From assembly GCF_036399195.1 (NCBI RefSeq), contig NZ_DASWNO010000175.1, positions 1 to 33,551 of the forward strand: 33,551 bases of DNA. Reading direction: 5' to 3'. Below the pieces are notes generated by a model. That model made no database searches and was not told the DNA's origin. It saw only the letters and a list, made by a program, of their open reading frames with translations. Source of the stretch: Brevundimonas sp. Lineage in GTDB: Bacteria > Pseudomonadota > Alphaproteobacteria > Caulobacterales > Caulobacteraceae. The translations under genes were made by a program, and so were the position numbers. Below, in pieces: positions 25,929 to 33,551 of this stretch. Numbering within the stretch: position 1 is the first letter of the stretch; each line of letters opens with the position of its first letter.

Positions 25929-27749
25929 ATGGCTCCCCGTCCTCCCCTCGTCGCGCTCAAGAACGTCAGCCTCCAGGACGGCCCGCGTCCGCTGTTCGAG
26001 GGCGTCGACATCGCCATCGAGCCGCGCACCCGCGCCGCCCTCGTCGGCCGCAACGGGGCCGGCAAGTCAACGCTGATGAAGATGGTCATGGGCCTGATCG
26101 AGCCCGACGCCGGCGACCGGTCGGTTCAGGCCGGCACCCGCTTCGCCTGGGTGCCCCAGGAACCTGAAATCCGCGGCGACACCCTGCTCGACTACGCCGC
26201 GTCCGAGGGCGCTGAGCGCTGGACCGCCGAAGCTTGGCTCACCACCTTCGGTCTCGACCCGGCCAAGCCGGCCGTCAATCTCTCCGGCGGCGAAACCCGC
26301 CGCGCCGCTCTCGCCAAGGCCTTCGCGGAAGAGCCCGACCTGCTCCTCCTCGACGAGCCGACCAACCACCTCGACATCCTTGCCATCGAACTGCTCGAGG
26401 AAGAGCTGCTTCAGGCCCGGTTCTCCGTCCTGGTGGTCAGCCACGACCGCGCCTTCCTCAACCGCGTGACCCAGTCCTGCCACTGGCTCGAAGGCCGGCG
26501 CGTCCGCACCCTCAACAAGGGTTTCGCCGCCTTCGACGAATGGGCCTCTAAGGTCCTGGAGGAGGAGGCGGAATCCCTGCGCCGCCTGAACAAGCGCATC
26601 GAGGCCGAGACCTACACCTTCTATCGCTCCATCACCGCTCAACGCACCCGCAACGAAGGCCGCGCCCGGGCGCTGGAGGCCATGCGTCAGGACCGCGCCC
26701 TGCGGGTTAAGGACATCCCGCGCGAGCTCCACCTCGGCGTCGACAGCGGCGTCGCCTCGGGCAAGCTGGTCGCCGACCTGAAGGGCGTCACCAAATCCTT
26801 CGGCGACCGGCCGGTCATCAAGCCCTTCTCCACCCGCGTCATCCGCGGCGACCGCCTGGCCATCGTCGGCCCGAATGGCGCGGGCAAAACCACCCTGGTC
26901 AAGATCCTCCTCGGCGAACTGGCGCCCGACGCCGGCACGGTCCGCCTCGGCTCCAATCTTGACCCCGTCTATCTTGACCAGTCCCGCGAGGGGCTGAAGT
27001 CCGACATGACCCTGTGGGACGCCCTCACCCCCGGCGGCGGCGACTCCATCCTCGTCCGCGGCGTGTCCAAGCACGTCGCCGCCTACGCCAAGGACTTCCT
27101 CTTCCAGGAAGGCCAGCTGCGCCAGCCGATCTCCACCCTCTCGGGTGGCGAGCGCAACCGCCTGCTGCTGGCCCGCGCCCTGGCCAAGCCGGCCAACATG
27201 CTGGTCCTCGACGAGCCGACCAACGACCTCGACATGGACACGCTCGACAAGCTGGAAGAGCTGCTCGAGCAATACGACGGCACCCTCATCCTCGTCAGCC
27301 ACGACCGCGATTTCGTCGACCGCCTCGCCACCTCCACCATCGCCATGAACGGCCGCGGCGACATCGTCGAGACGCCCGGCGGCTGGACGGACTTCATCCG
27401 CCAGAACCCCCGCTTCATCCAGCCGGGCGCCAATCCCCGTCCGCAGGACAAGGAAGCCGCCGTCCGCGCCGAAGCGCCGGCTCCGGCTCCCGCCGCGTCT
27501 CCGAAGAAGCCCGGCAAGCTGTCGTTCAAGGACGCGCACCGGCTCAAGGAACTCGAGAGCCTGCTGGAGTCCCTGCCGAAGGACATCGCCCGCCACGACG
27601 AGACGCTCGCAGACCCCGAACTCTTCGCTCGCGATCGCAAGGCCTTCGACCGCGCCACCGCAAACGTGGCCCGCGCCCGTCAGCTTCTGGAAGCCGCGGA
27701 GCTGGAATGGCTGGAGCTGGAAGAGAAAAGGGCCCGGCTGGCCGGCTGA
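25929..27749 (+). CDS. uup: ABC-F family ATPase (Uup-like)
   Basis: Two ABC domains (GRNGAGKST/LSGGE/LLLDEPTNHLD and GPNGAGKTT/LSGGERNRL/LDEPTNDLD), no TM segments, C-terminal KLSFK...W.ELE coiled coil. Confidence 0.9.
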   Translation: MAPRPPLVALKNVSLQDGPRPLFEGVDIAIEPRTRAALVGRNGAGKSTLMKMVMGLIEPDAGDRSVQAGTRFAWVPQEPEIRGDTLLDYAASEGAERWTAEAWLTTFGLDPAKPAVNLSGGETRRAALAKAFAEEPDLLLLDEPTNHLDILAIELLEEELLQARFSVLVVSHDRAFLNRVTQSCHWLEGRRVRTLNKGFAAFDEWASKVLEEEAESLRRLNKRIEAETYTFYRSITAQRTRNEGRARALEAMRQDRALRVKDIPRELHLGVDSGVASGKLVADLKGVTKSFGDRPVIKPFSTRVIRGDRLAIVGPNGAGKTTLVKILLGELAPDAGTVRLGSNLDPVYLDQSREGLKSDMTLWDALTPGGGDSILVRGVSKHVAAYAKDFLFQEGQLRQPISTLSGGERNRLLLARALAKPANMLVLDEPTNDLDMDTLDKLEELLEQYDGTLILVSHDRDFVDRLATSTIAMNGRGDIVETPGGWTDFIRQNPRFIQPGANPRPQDKEAAVRAEAPAPAPAASPKKPGKLSFKDAHRLKELESLLESLPKDIARHDETLADPELFARDRKAFDRATANVARARQLLEAAELEWLELEEKRARLAG

Positions 27750-27781
27750 ACTCAGCGAAAACTGGTTAATTCCGTCGAGGC

Positions 27782-27908
27782 TGTGCAGAAGTCACAAGAC
27801 CTTCACAATGTGAAAGATTTCTCCCGCTGCCCACCGGCGCGACCTCATCCTGCACGATTTATCCCCAAGCCAGTCCACAGACGCGCCGTTCGGACCGCTT
27901 GTGCAAAA
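27782..27908. promoter_or_regulatory. Cluster of DnaA-box-like 9-mers plus a palindrome
   Basis: rc TTCTGCACA (27782-90), TTATCCCCA (27859-67), rc TTTTGCACA (27900-08; exact TTWTNCACA match), TTCACA-A-TGTGAA (27802-14). Confidence 0.45.
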
Positions 27909-27923
27909 TCGGGATTGGGGCGA

Positions 27924-28305
27924 GCTTGATCAGGCCGAGGGACACGGCGGCGCGGAGAACCGGGGAGACCCGGGGATCAAGCGGACCGGCCCGGCTCTCT
28001 GACCGAACGCACCGGGGGGTTTCGACCTTAACGGACGGGGGGCAGGATCAAGGCCCAAAGGACCCTTCGAAGGCTTCGGCCCAAGAAGACCGGAGGGAAC
28101 CGGATCGGGATCGAGGAACGACGCAGGGCTTGCCCCGCGAACCGGCCGAGACCAGGAGCGCGACAGGATACAGCCGACCATCACCGGGGTCCGCCCCGCC
28201 GATGCTGAAGCCAGGGTCCTGAACCTCAATGGCCAAGTCCAACCCGGACTTGGCGAGGGGACGAGGAAAACCGGTCCGCCGGGGCTCTTCGTCCCCTCGC
28301 TCAAT
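27924..28305 (+). ncRNA. Candidate structured non-coding RNA (family not recognised)
   Basis: No credible ORF. Hairpins with GAGA, UUCG (x2) and CUUG tetraloops on the + strand, purine-rich linkers, then 9-bp and 12+-bp terminal stems. Confidence 0.55.
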
Positions 28306-28416
28306 TCCGGCTCGGGGCAGCGCCGGCGAACCCGCACCCTTCGCCGTCGTCTTCCAGGGCGTCCCGGCTCGGAAACCGGCCTTTTCAAGGGTCGGGCCGC
28401 GCCCTACACCTGATCC

Positions 28417-29457
28417 ATGTCTCTGCAAGGGAATCGCCGCCTTCTGACGACCCGCCGCGGCCTTCTGGCGGCGGGGGGCATGCTGGCCACGGCAACGGCG
28501 CTTGCGGCCTGCACGCGCTCCGAGGCCCCGGTCGACGAGGAGGGCCGCGTTCGCCTGCGTTTCGCCACCGACGGCCGGGCCCAGGCTGAGCACGGCGGCT
28601 TCTACCAGGCCCTCGCGTCCGGCGCCTACGCCCGGCGCGGCCTCAACGTCCAGATCGTGCAGGGCGCGCCCGGGGTGAACGTCCCGCAGTTGCTGGCGTC
28701 CGGGTCGGTCGAACTCGGCCTCGGGTCGAACAGCTTCATCCCGCTCAACCTTGTGGCCGAGGGCGCGCCTGTGAAGGCCGTCGCCGCCTTCTTCCAGAAG
28801 GATCCGCAGGTCCTCATCGCCCATCCCGATCCCGAGCTGGAGTCCATCGCCGATCTTCAGGGTCGGCCGTTCCTGCTGTCCGAGGCCGCCGTCAACGGCT
28901 TCTGGATCTGGCTCAAGTCCCGGTTCGGCTTCACCGACGACCAGCTTCGCGAGCACACCTCGGACCTCGCGCCCTTCCTTTCCGATCCACAAGCGGTCCT
29001 GCAGGGCTTCCTGACCAGTGAACCGTGGACGATTCAGCAGGCGGCCGACTTCACGCCCCGAACCTTCCTGCTGGCGGACGAAGGCTACGCCTCCTACGCC
29101 AACATGATCCTCGCCCCCGACGCCTTCGCGCGGGACAACGCCGCCGCCCTGCGCGGCTTCATCGCCGGATCCGCCGAGGGATGGCGGGACTACATCCAGG
29201 GCGACGGAAAGGCCGCCGACGCCCTGATCCGCAAGGACCACCCGGGAATGACCCAGGCTCAGCTCGATCAGGCCCGGACCAGCCTCAGAACGAACGCCAT
29301 CATCGATGGCGGCGACGCCGCGCTCTACGGCCTGGGCGCAATGACCGGCGAGCGCTGGAAGGCCTTCCATGACGCCATGTCCGAGGCCGGCGCCTGGCCG
29401 GCGGGTCTCGATTGGCGCCGCGCCTTCACCACGCAATACCTTCCCGGTCGCGGCTAA
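28417..29457 (+). CDS. ABC transporter substrate-binding lipoprotein, NMT1/THI5-like
   Basis: TRRGLL twin-arginine signal + LAAC lipobox, AQAEHGGFYQA.A.G.Y...GL.V, AAFFQKDPQVLIAH, QG..TSEP. Confidence 0.88.
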   Translation: MSLQGNRRLLTTRRGLLAAGGMLATATALAACTRSEAPVDEEGRVRLRFATDGRAQAEHGGFYQALASGAYARRGLNVQIVQGAPGVNVPQLLASGSVELGLGSNSFIPLNLVAEGAPVKAVAAFFQKDPQVLIAHPDPELESIADLQGRPFLLSEAAVNGFWIWLKSRFGFTDDQLREHTSDLAPFLSDPQAVLQGFLTSEPWTIQQAADFTPRTFLLADEGYASYANMILAPDAFARDNAAALRGFIAGSAEGWRDYIQGDGKAADALIRKDHPGMTQAQLDQARTSLRTNAIIDGGDAALYGLGAMTGERWKAFHDAMSEAGAWPAGLDWRRAFTTQYLPGRG

Positions 29458-29494
29458 GAGCCGGCCCGCGCCTCGAGCGTGTTTCCGCCCCGGC

Positions 29495-29510
29495 GTTAGC
29501 CCCGCCTTAA
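29495..29510. promoter_or_regulatory. Candidate CtrA binding site
   Basis: GTTAG-CCCCGCC-TTAA (rc TTAA-N7-CTAAC), ~50 nt upstream of the 29559 gene. Confidence 0.55.
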
Positions 29511-29558
29511 GCCCCGCCGTGGGAGATTCCGACATCTTCCCGCGTCCGGAGTCTCCCT

Positions 29559-30551
29559 TTGCGCCGCGCCCACAGCCTCCCGATCGTCGCCCTCGCCGTC
29601 ACGGCGGGGACCTTCATGGCCGGCGCTGCGTCGGCCCAGACGAGCGGCCTGCGCCAGCTCTCATGGCCCGGACGGGCGGCGGCGCCCGCCGCATCGGCCC
29701 CGTCGAACCCGGCGCGTGGCGATCTCCGTCGGCCCAATCTGGTCATCCCTCACGGCGGCTTCGCGGCTGTGCAGCCGGCCGCGGACCGCACGCCGCCGCC
29801 GTCGCCCGCACCGCGCCGCACGCTAACCCCAGCCTCCGCCTGGCTCCGCCCGGCTGCGCCTCCTCAGCCCGCTGCGCCCCAGCCCGAAGCGCCGCAGCCC
29901 GAAGCGCCCGCGCCCATGGCGGCGGTTCGCCCCGCCCCGGCTCGCGCCTATGCTCCGCCTGAGCCCCGCATGGAGCCGCGTCCTCAGCCCCGCTCGGCGC
30001 CCCAACCACGCCAGCCCGCCCCGCCGCCGGCGCCTGAATACCTCCCCGATCAGGGTGGACGCGGACAACCCGTCCCGGCCGAGGCCGTCGCGCCCCCGGT
30101 TCCGGTTCCGGTCGCCGCGCCACGCGTCGACGCGACGGCTTCTACGATCGATCCGGCCGATCCCATGGCGCCTCGCCGGGACGCCCCGATCTTCCGCATG
30201 CAGCAGCGGAACCTCGCCCAGCCCGCGCCTGCCGCCGCCCCCGCCGAGGGCGAGGGCCAGCCCACCGCCTCCGAGGAGCCTCGTCCCCAACGAGTCGCGG
30301 AGGTCTCAAACACCGGCGAGCGGCCGCCCCAGCAAGGAGCCCGCTACTACTCGGTCCACCGCCAGAACGGCCGCACGCCTGACGATCTGACGATGCCGGA
30401 TCCGACCTATGTGGACTCGCTCGCGATCACCATGACCCAGACGCCGGCCTCGCAGGACCTGGCCCAGCCGGATCAGGGCCCCACTCTGATCCGCGACAAC
30501 AACGGCCGCGTGCGTCAGGCGCCGGCGCCCTCGGACGGGGACCACCAGTGA
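29559..30551 (+). CDS. Exported Pro/Ala-rich hypothetical protein
   Basis: Signal peptide ending ASA-Q, then LSWPGR, low-complexity body and ARYYSVHR motif. TTG start with GGAG RBS; GTGA coupling to the next gene. Confidence 0.72.
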   Translation: MRRAHSLPIVALAVTAGTFMAGAASAQTSGLRQLSWPGRAAAPAASAPSNPARGDLRRPNLVIPHGGFAAVQPAADRTPPPSPAPRRTLTPASAWLRPAAPPQPAAPQPEAPQPEAPAPMAAVRPAPARAYAPPEPRMEPRPQPRSAPQPRQPAPPPAPEYLPDQGGRGQPVPAEAVAPPVPVPVAAPRVDATASTIDPADPMAPRRDAPIFRMQQRNLAQPAPAAAPAEGEGQPTASEEPRPQRVAEVSNTGERPPQQGARYYSVHRQNGRTPDDLTMPDPTYVDSLAITMTQTPASQDLAQPDQGPTLIRDNNGRVRQAPAPSDGDHQ

Positions 30552-31657
30552 GTCAGGTCGACGTCGAGGCGGCGCCGACGATCTCCCGCCTCCCCGAACT
30601 GATCACCCTCGCGGAGGAGGGCTCCAGCGAGAAGCGCCGCGCCCTGCTGCGCGAACTCACCGAGCACTTCTTCGGCGCGGCGGCCCGCACGGCCACCGAG
30701 GACGACCTCTACGGCTCCGTGCTGGCGCGCCTCGCCGCGGACATGGAGACGGCTGTCCGCGCGGAACTGTCCGCCCGCTTCGCCACGGCCGGGGACGCGC
30801 CCCACACACTGATCCGCCGGCTGGCGAACGACGAGGCCGCCGTGGCGGGCGCCGTGCTCGCGGCCTCCCCGGTCCTCACCGACGAGGACCTGCTGAACGT
30901 CGTCCGCAAGCATGGACAGGATCACCTCCGCGCCGTGTCGGCCCGCCCGACCGTCTCGGAGGCCGTGTCGGACGTCATCGTCCAGCGCGGCGACGACGAG
31001 ACGCTCGGGACCCTGCTCCGCAACGACGGCGCCCGTCTGTCGCGCGAGGCCTCCGAAACCGCCGTCCGCCGCGCCCAGGCCAATCCGGCCCTGCACGAAG
31101 CGACGGTCGAGCGGGCCAGCCTGCCGCCCGATCTTCTCAACGAGATGTATTTCGTCGTCGAGGCCCGGCTCCGGGCCAGCATTCTCGAACAGAACGCCCG
31201 TCTCGACCCCGCGCTGCTGGAAAGCGCCCTCGCCGCCGGCCGCGCCCGCGTCGCCACCGACGACGGCGCCCTCCCGGCCGATTACGCCGAGTGCAAGGCC
31301 TACGTCGAAGAACTCAGGGCCGCCGGCCAATTGTCGCCCCAGATGCTGGCCCGCTTCCTGCGCTCCGGCGGCCGCACGTCCTTCCTGATCGCCTTGGCCC
31401 AGCTCTCGGACATCGATTTCCACACGGCGCGTCAGATCGTCGACCGTCGCGAGCTCGACGCCCTCGCCGTCGTCTGCAAATCGGCGGATCTGGATCGCGC
31501 CCTGTTCCTGACCTACGCCGTGGTCCTGCTGAACGACGACGGCGACGCCATGGCCAAGGCGCACTCCTACGCGCGGATGTACGCCGAGCTCAGCCGCGAC
31601 GCAGCTCTCCGGACGGTGCGCTTCTGGCGCATGCGCCGCGGCGCCCAGGCGGCTTGA
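30548..31657 (+). CDS. DUF2336 domain-containing protein
   Basis: L..LA.E.SSEKRR.LLR.LT..F, R.ELS.R.A....AP..L...LA.DE..VA..VL..SPVLTDEDL, HLRAV..R..VSE.VSDVIV.RGD. Confidence 0.87.
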   Translation: MSQVDVEAAPTISRLPELITLAEEGSSEKRRALLRELTEHFFGAAARTATEDDLYGSVLARLAADMETAVRAELSARFATAGDAPHTLIRRLANDEAAVAGAVLAASPVLTDEDLLNVVRKHGQDHLRAVSARPTVSEAVSDVIVQRGDDETLGTLLRNDGARLSREASETAVRRAQANPALHEATVERASLPPDLLNEMYFVVEARLRASILEQNARLDPALLESALAAGRARVATDDGALPADYAECKAYVEELRAAGQLSPQMLARFLRSGGRTSFLIALAQLSDIDFHTARQIVDRRELDALAVVCKSADLDRALFLTYAVVLLNDDGDAMAKAHSYARMYAELSRDAALRTVRFWRMRRGAQAA

Positions 31658-31954
31658 TCACCAACCTTCGGCAAGGTCCAACCATTGCGGGTTCCTTGCT
31701 TCGATCAGGTCCGTCTTCCATCGACGCCGCCACTTCTTCAGCGTCTTCTCGCGGATGATCGCCTCGATGATCGAGCCGTGCTGCTCGTACCAGACGAGGG
31801 TCTTGCAGCTGTACCTGCTGGCGAAACCGCCGCCGCGCGCGGCTTGGTGTTGCTGGACTCGCGACATGAGATCAGCCGTGACGCCGATGTAGATGGTCCC
31901 ATTCCGGGCGCTGGCCATGATGTAAACGGCGATGATCCGATCCGCGTCGCGCAT
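31658..31954 (-). CDS. Stand-alone GIY-YIG nuclease family protein
   Basis: VYIMAS.RNGTIYIGVT.DL..RV.QH, F..RY....LVWYE, AI.REK.LKKW.R.WK..LIE..NP.W.DL. Catalytic Tyr/Arg/His/Glu/Asn appear intact. Confidence 0.92.
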   Translation of the reverse strand: MRDADRIIAVYIMASARNGTIYIGVTADLMSRVQQHQAARGGGFASRYSCKTLVWYEQHGSIIEAIIREKTLKKWRRRWKTDLIEARNPQWLDLAEGW

Positions 31955-32002
31955 GCGATGATCGCATCATGGTTGTCGCCAACGCACAACCTCTTATGTT
32001 TA

Positions 32003-32131
32003 TCGTCTTTCCGGGGCGGCGTAGCCGAACCCGGAATCCAGGAGACCGGACACGGTCAGCAACGCTGCTCCAGGCGACCCGGTCTAGACTCCTGGGTTCC
32101 GGGTTCCGCTTCGCGGCCCCGGAAGGACGAG
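32003..32131. repeat. CGTC-ended palindromic repeat, copy 2
   Basis: TCGTCTTTCCGGGG (32003-16) / CCCCGGAAGGACGA (32117-30), inner GAACCCGGAATCCAGGAG / CTCCTGGGTTCCGGGTTC. The rc of 32091-32131 matches 919-959 at 40/41. Confidence 0.93.
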
Positions 32132-32150
32132 AGTTGGTGAAGCACACAGC

Positions 32151-32182
32151 AAAACGCCCGCCTTTGTTGCTGAAGGCGGGCG
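32151..32182 (-). terminator. Intrinsic terminator of mucR
   Basis: 10-bp stem CGCCCGCCTT/AAGGCGGGCG followed by TTTT on the minus strand. Confidence 0.8.
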
Positions 32183-32201
32183 CCGCTCATCTCGAACCGG
32201 C

Positions 32202-32639
32202 CTACTTCTTGGCGCGAACGGCGCCGCCGGCGCGGGCCGGCTTGCGGCCGCCCTGTCCGAGGCCCATCGACTTGGCCAGTTCTGAGCGCGCCTTGGCGTA
32301 GTTCGGTGCGACCATCGGATAATCCTTGGGCAGACCCCACTTCGCCCGGTATTCCTCGGGGCTCATATTGTACTTGGTCCGCAGGTGGCGCTTCAGCGAC
32401 TTGAACTTGCGACCGTCTTCCAGACAGATGAGGAAGTCGGGGGTGATCGACTTGCGGACCGGCACCGCCGGGTCCTTGACCTCGGGTTCCGGTTCGACCG
32501 CGCCGGTGGAGACCTGGGTCAGCGCGGCGTGAATGCTGGAGATCAGGCCCGGTACTTCGACCGCCTGAACGTTGTTGTTGCCCACATACGCCGACACGAT
32601 GTCCGCGGTCATCTCGAGTAGTTGCGCGTTGTCTTCCAA
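32202..32639 (-). CDS. mucR: MucR/Ros family transcriptional regulator
   Basis: [59 protein letters not shown]...RS.LAK.MGLG. Start taken at TTG ([10 protein letters not shown]). Confidence 0.95.
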   Translation of the reverse strand: MEDNAQLLEMTADIVSAYVGNNNVQAVEVPGLISSIHAALTQVSTGAVEPEPEVKDPAVPVRKSITPDFLICLEDGRKFKSLKRHLRTKYNMSPEEYRAKWGLPKDYPMVAPNYAKARSELAKSMGLGQGGRKPARAGGAVRAKK

Positions 32640-32821
32640 GTCCGGCCCCGCTTGTCGAAAATTGTTTCTGGATGAATCAGGCAGTCGCGAGGTCAATAGA
32701 TTTGTTCTGTCGTGAACGCAACAGGCGGAACAACCGGCATCACGACCTCTGTCGACCGGGCGCGCCTTTACTATAGTTCGTCAGCCGCTGACCTGTCCGA
32801 CCACTGCGACGTCCACCCGGA

Positions 32822-33551
32822 TCAGCGGCCGAAGTTCTCCGCGAGCGCCAGCATGGCCGCGCGCTCGGGCGCGGAATAGTCGTCCAGCGCCTCCTCTTCG
32901 CCGTCGCGTATCGCCCTCAGCAACGCCGGGGTGAGTGCGGACGACAGCGACCAGTTCCAGTATCTGAGCACCGTCTGCGCCCGGTCGACGGCCAGCATGT
33001 CGTAGGTGATCTGGACCCGCTCCCAGGTCGGATGCACGCTGCCGTCTTCCAGCGTCTCCGGCCGGCGCATGGACCTCCACAGATTCTGCAGGTCTGTCTT
33101 GCCCAGACCCGTGGCCTTGCACAGGATCGCGACCGGTTCGCCGCCCGGATCGCCCATGATCTTGGCCCCGGTGATCGGCTTTACGCCCGAAAGGTAGGCG
33201 ATCTCGGTGGCCACCTCACGCGACAGCCCGTTGGCCGCGGCGGCGGCTACGGCCTGCTCCAGCCCGCCATAGGGGCTCTTGGCTATGGCGGCCCGGTTGC
33301 GCTGGCGGCGCTCGATGAACTGCAACGCCTTGCGGGCGACGGGATCCTGCCAGTTCTCTTCGGCGGCCATGGCGAAGACGTCCTCCGCCACCTCCTGCAT
33401 CACTTCCCGGGACACCGCGAACCGCTGAAGGATCGTCCGTCGCTCCTCAGGTCCGCACCACCAGAACATCACATAGGCTCCGGACGGCCTCAGCTCCGGC
33501 CGCTTCAGCACCGGCCCGCACAGCCGCCCCTCCTGCCGGCTGAGACTGACC
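32822..33551 (-). CDS. Probable DUF2336-family protein (5' part outside window)
   Basis: Frame open to the window end. C-terminal D.GGEPVAILCKA.GL...Y..L....AQTVLRYW resembles the C-terminus of 30548-31657 (LAVVCKSADL...Y..L....A.RTVRFW). Confidence 0.7.
   Translation of the reverse strand, partial: VSLSRQEGRLCGPVLKRPELRPSGAYVMFWWCGPEERRTILQRFAVSREVMQEVAEDVFAMAAEENWQDPVARKALQFIERRQRNRAAIAKSPYGGLEQAVAAAAANGLSREVATEIAYLSGVKPITGAKIMGDPGGEPVAILCKATGLGKTDLQNLWRSMRRPETLEDGSVHPTWERVQITYDMLAVDRAQTVLRYWNWSLSSALTPALLRAIRDGEEEALDDYSAPERAAMLALAENFGR

Noticed and set aside
27924-28305. RNase P, tmRNA, SRP or TPP riboswitch
   Set aside because: Hallmarks (GAGGAAAGTCC, tRNA-like ends, CAGG-GRAA-AGCA loop, CTGAGA) were not found.
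27899-28447. Short ORFs (107, 152, 72 aa) in the intergenic gap
   Set aside because: No RBS, motifs or typical codon pattern. Structured RNA is the better explanation.
29860-29912. Short tandem repeat (CAGCCCGAAGCGCC) in the Pro-rich gene
   Set aside because: Encodes PQPEA repeats in a low-complexity linker, an ordinary coding repeat.

Overview
High-GC alphaproteobacterial chromosome, most consistent with Caulobacteraceae (Brevundimonas-like; inferred from gene content and protein similarity as I recall it). Left: housekeeping genes (partial class II fba, DUF2799 lipoprotein, rluD, GNAT, rpoH, kynU, alpha/beta hydrolase, CleD-like receiver, purA, serC, DnaJ-class chaperone). Centre (10917-25122, minus strand): an apparently intact RcGTA/CcGTA-type gene transfer agent head-tail cluster from terminase to megatron, interrupted by two plus-strand membrane-protein genes. 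Right: YcgN, Uup-like ABC-F, a ~670 bp structured intergenic region, an NMT1/THI5-like binding protein, a Pro-rich exported protein, two DUF2336 genes, a stand-alone GIY-YIG nuclease and mucR. The least-explained signals are three families of small palindromic repeats, each in two copies: (1) CGTC-ended elements, one directly upstream of the GIY-YIG gene; (2) a CCTCCCCC/GGGGGAGG element, one copy in frame inside the GTA capsid gene; (3) heptamer-based inverted repeats placed just after the portal and capsid genes. There is also a candidate large ncRNA preceded by DnaA-box-like sites. All calls were made by eye, with no database searches.
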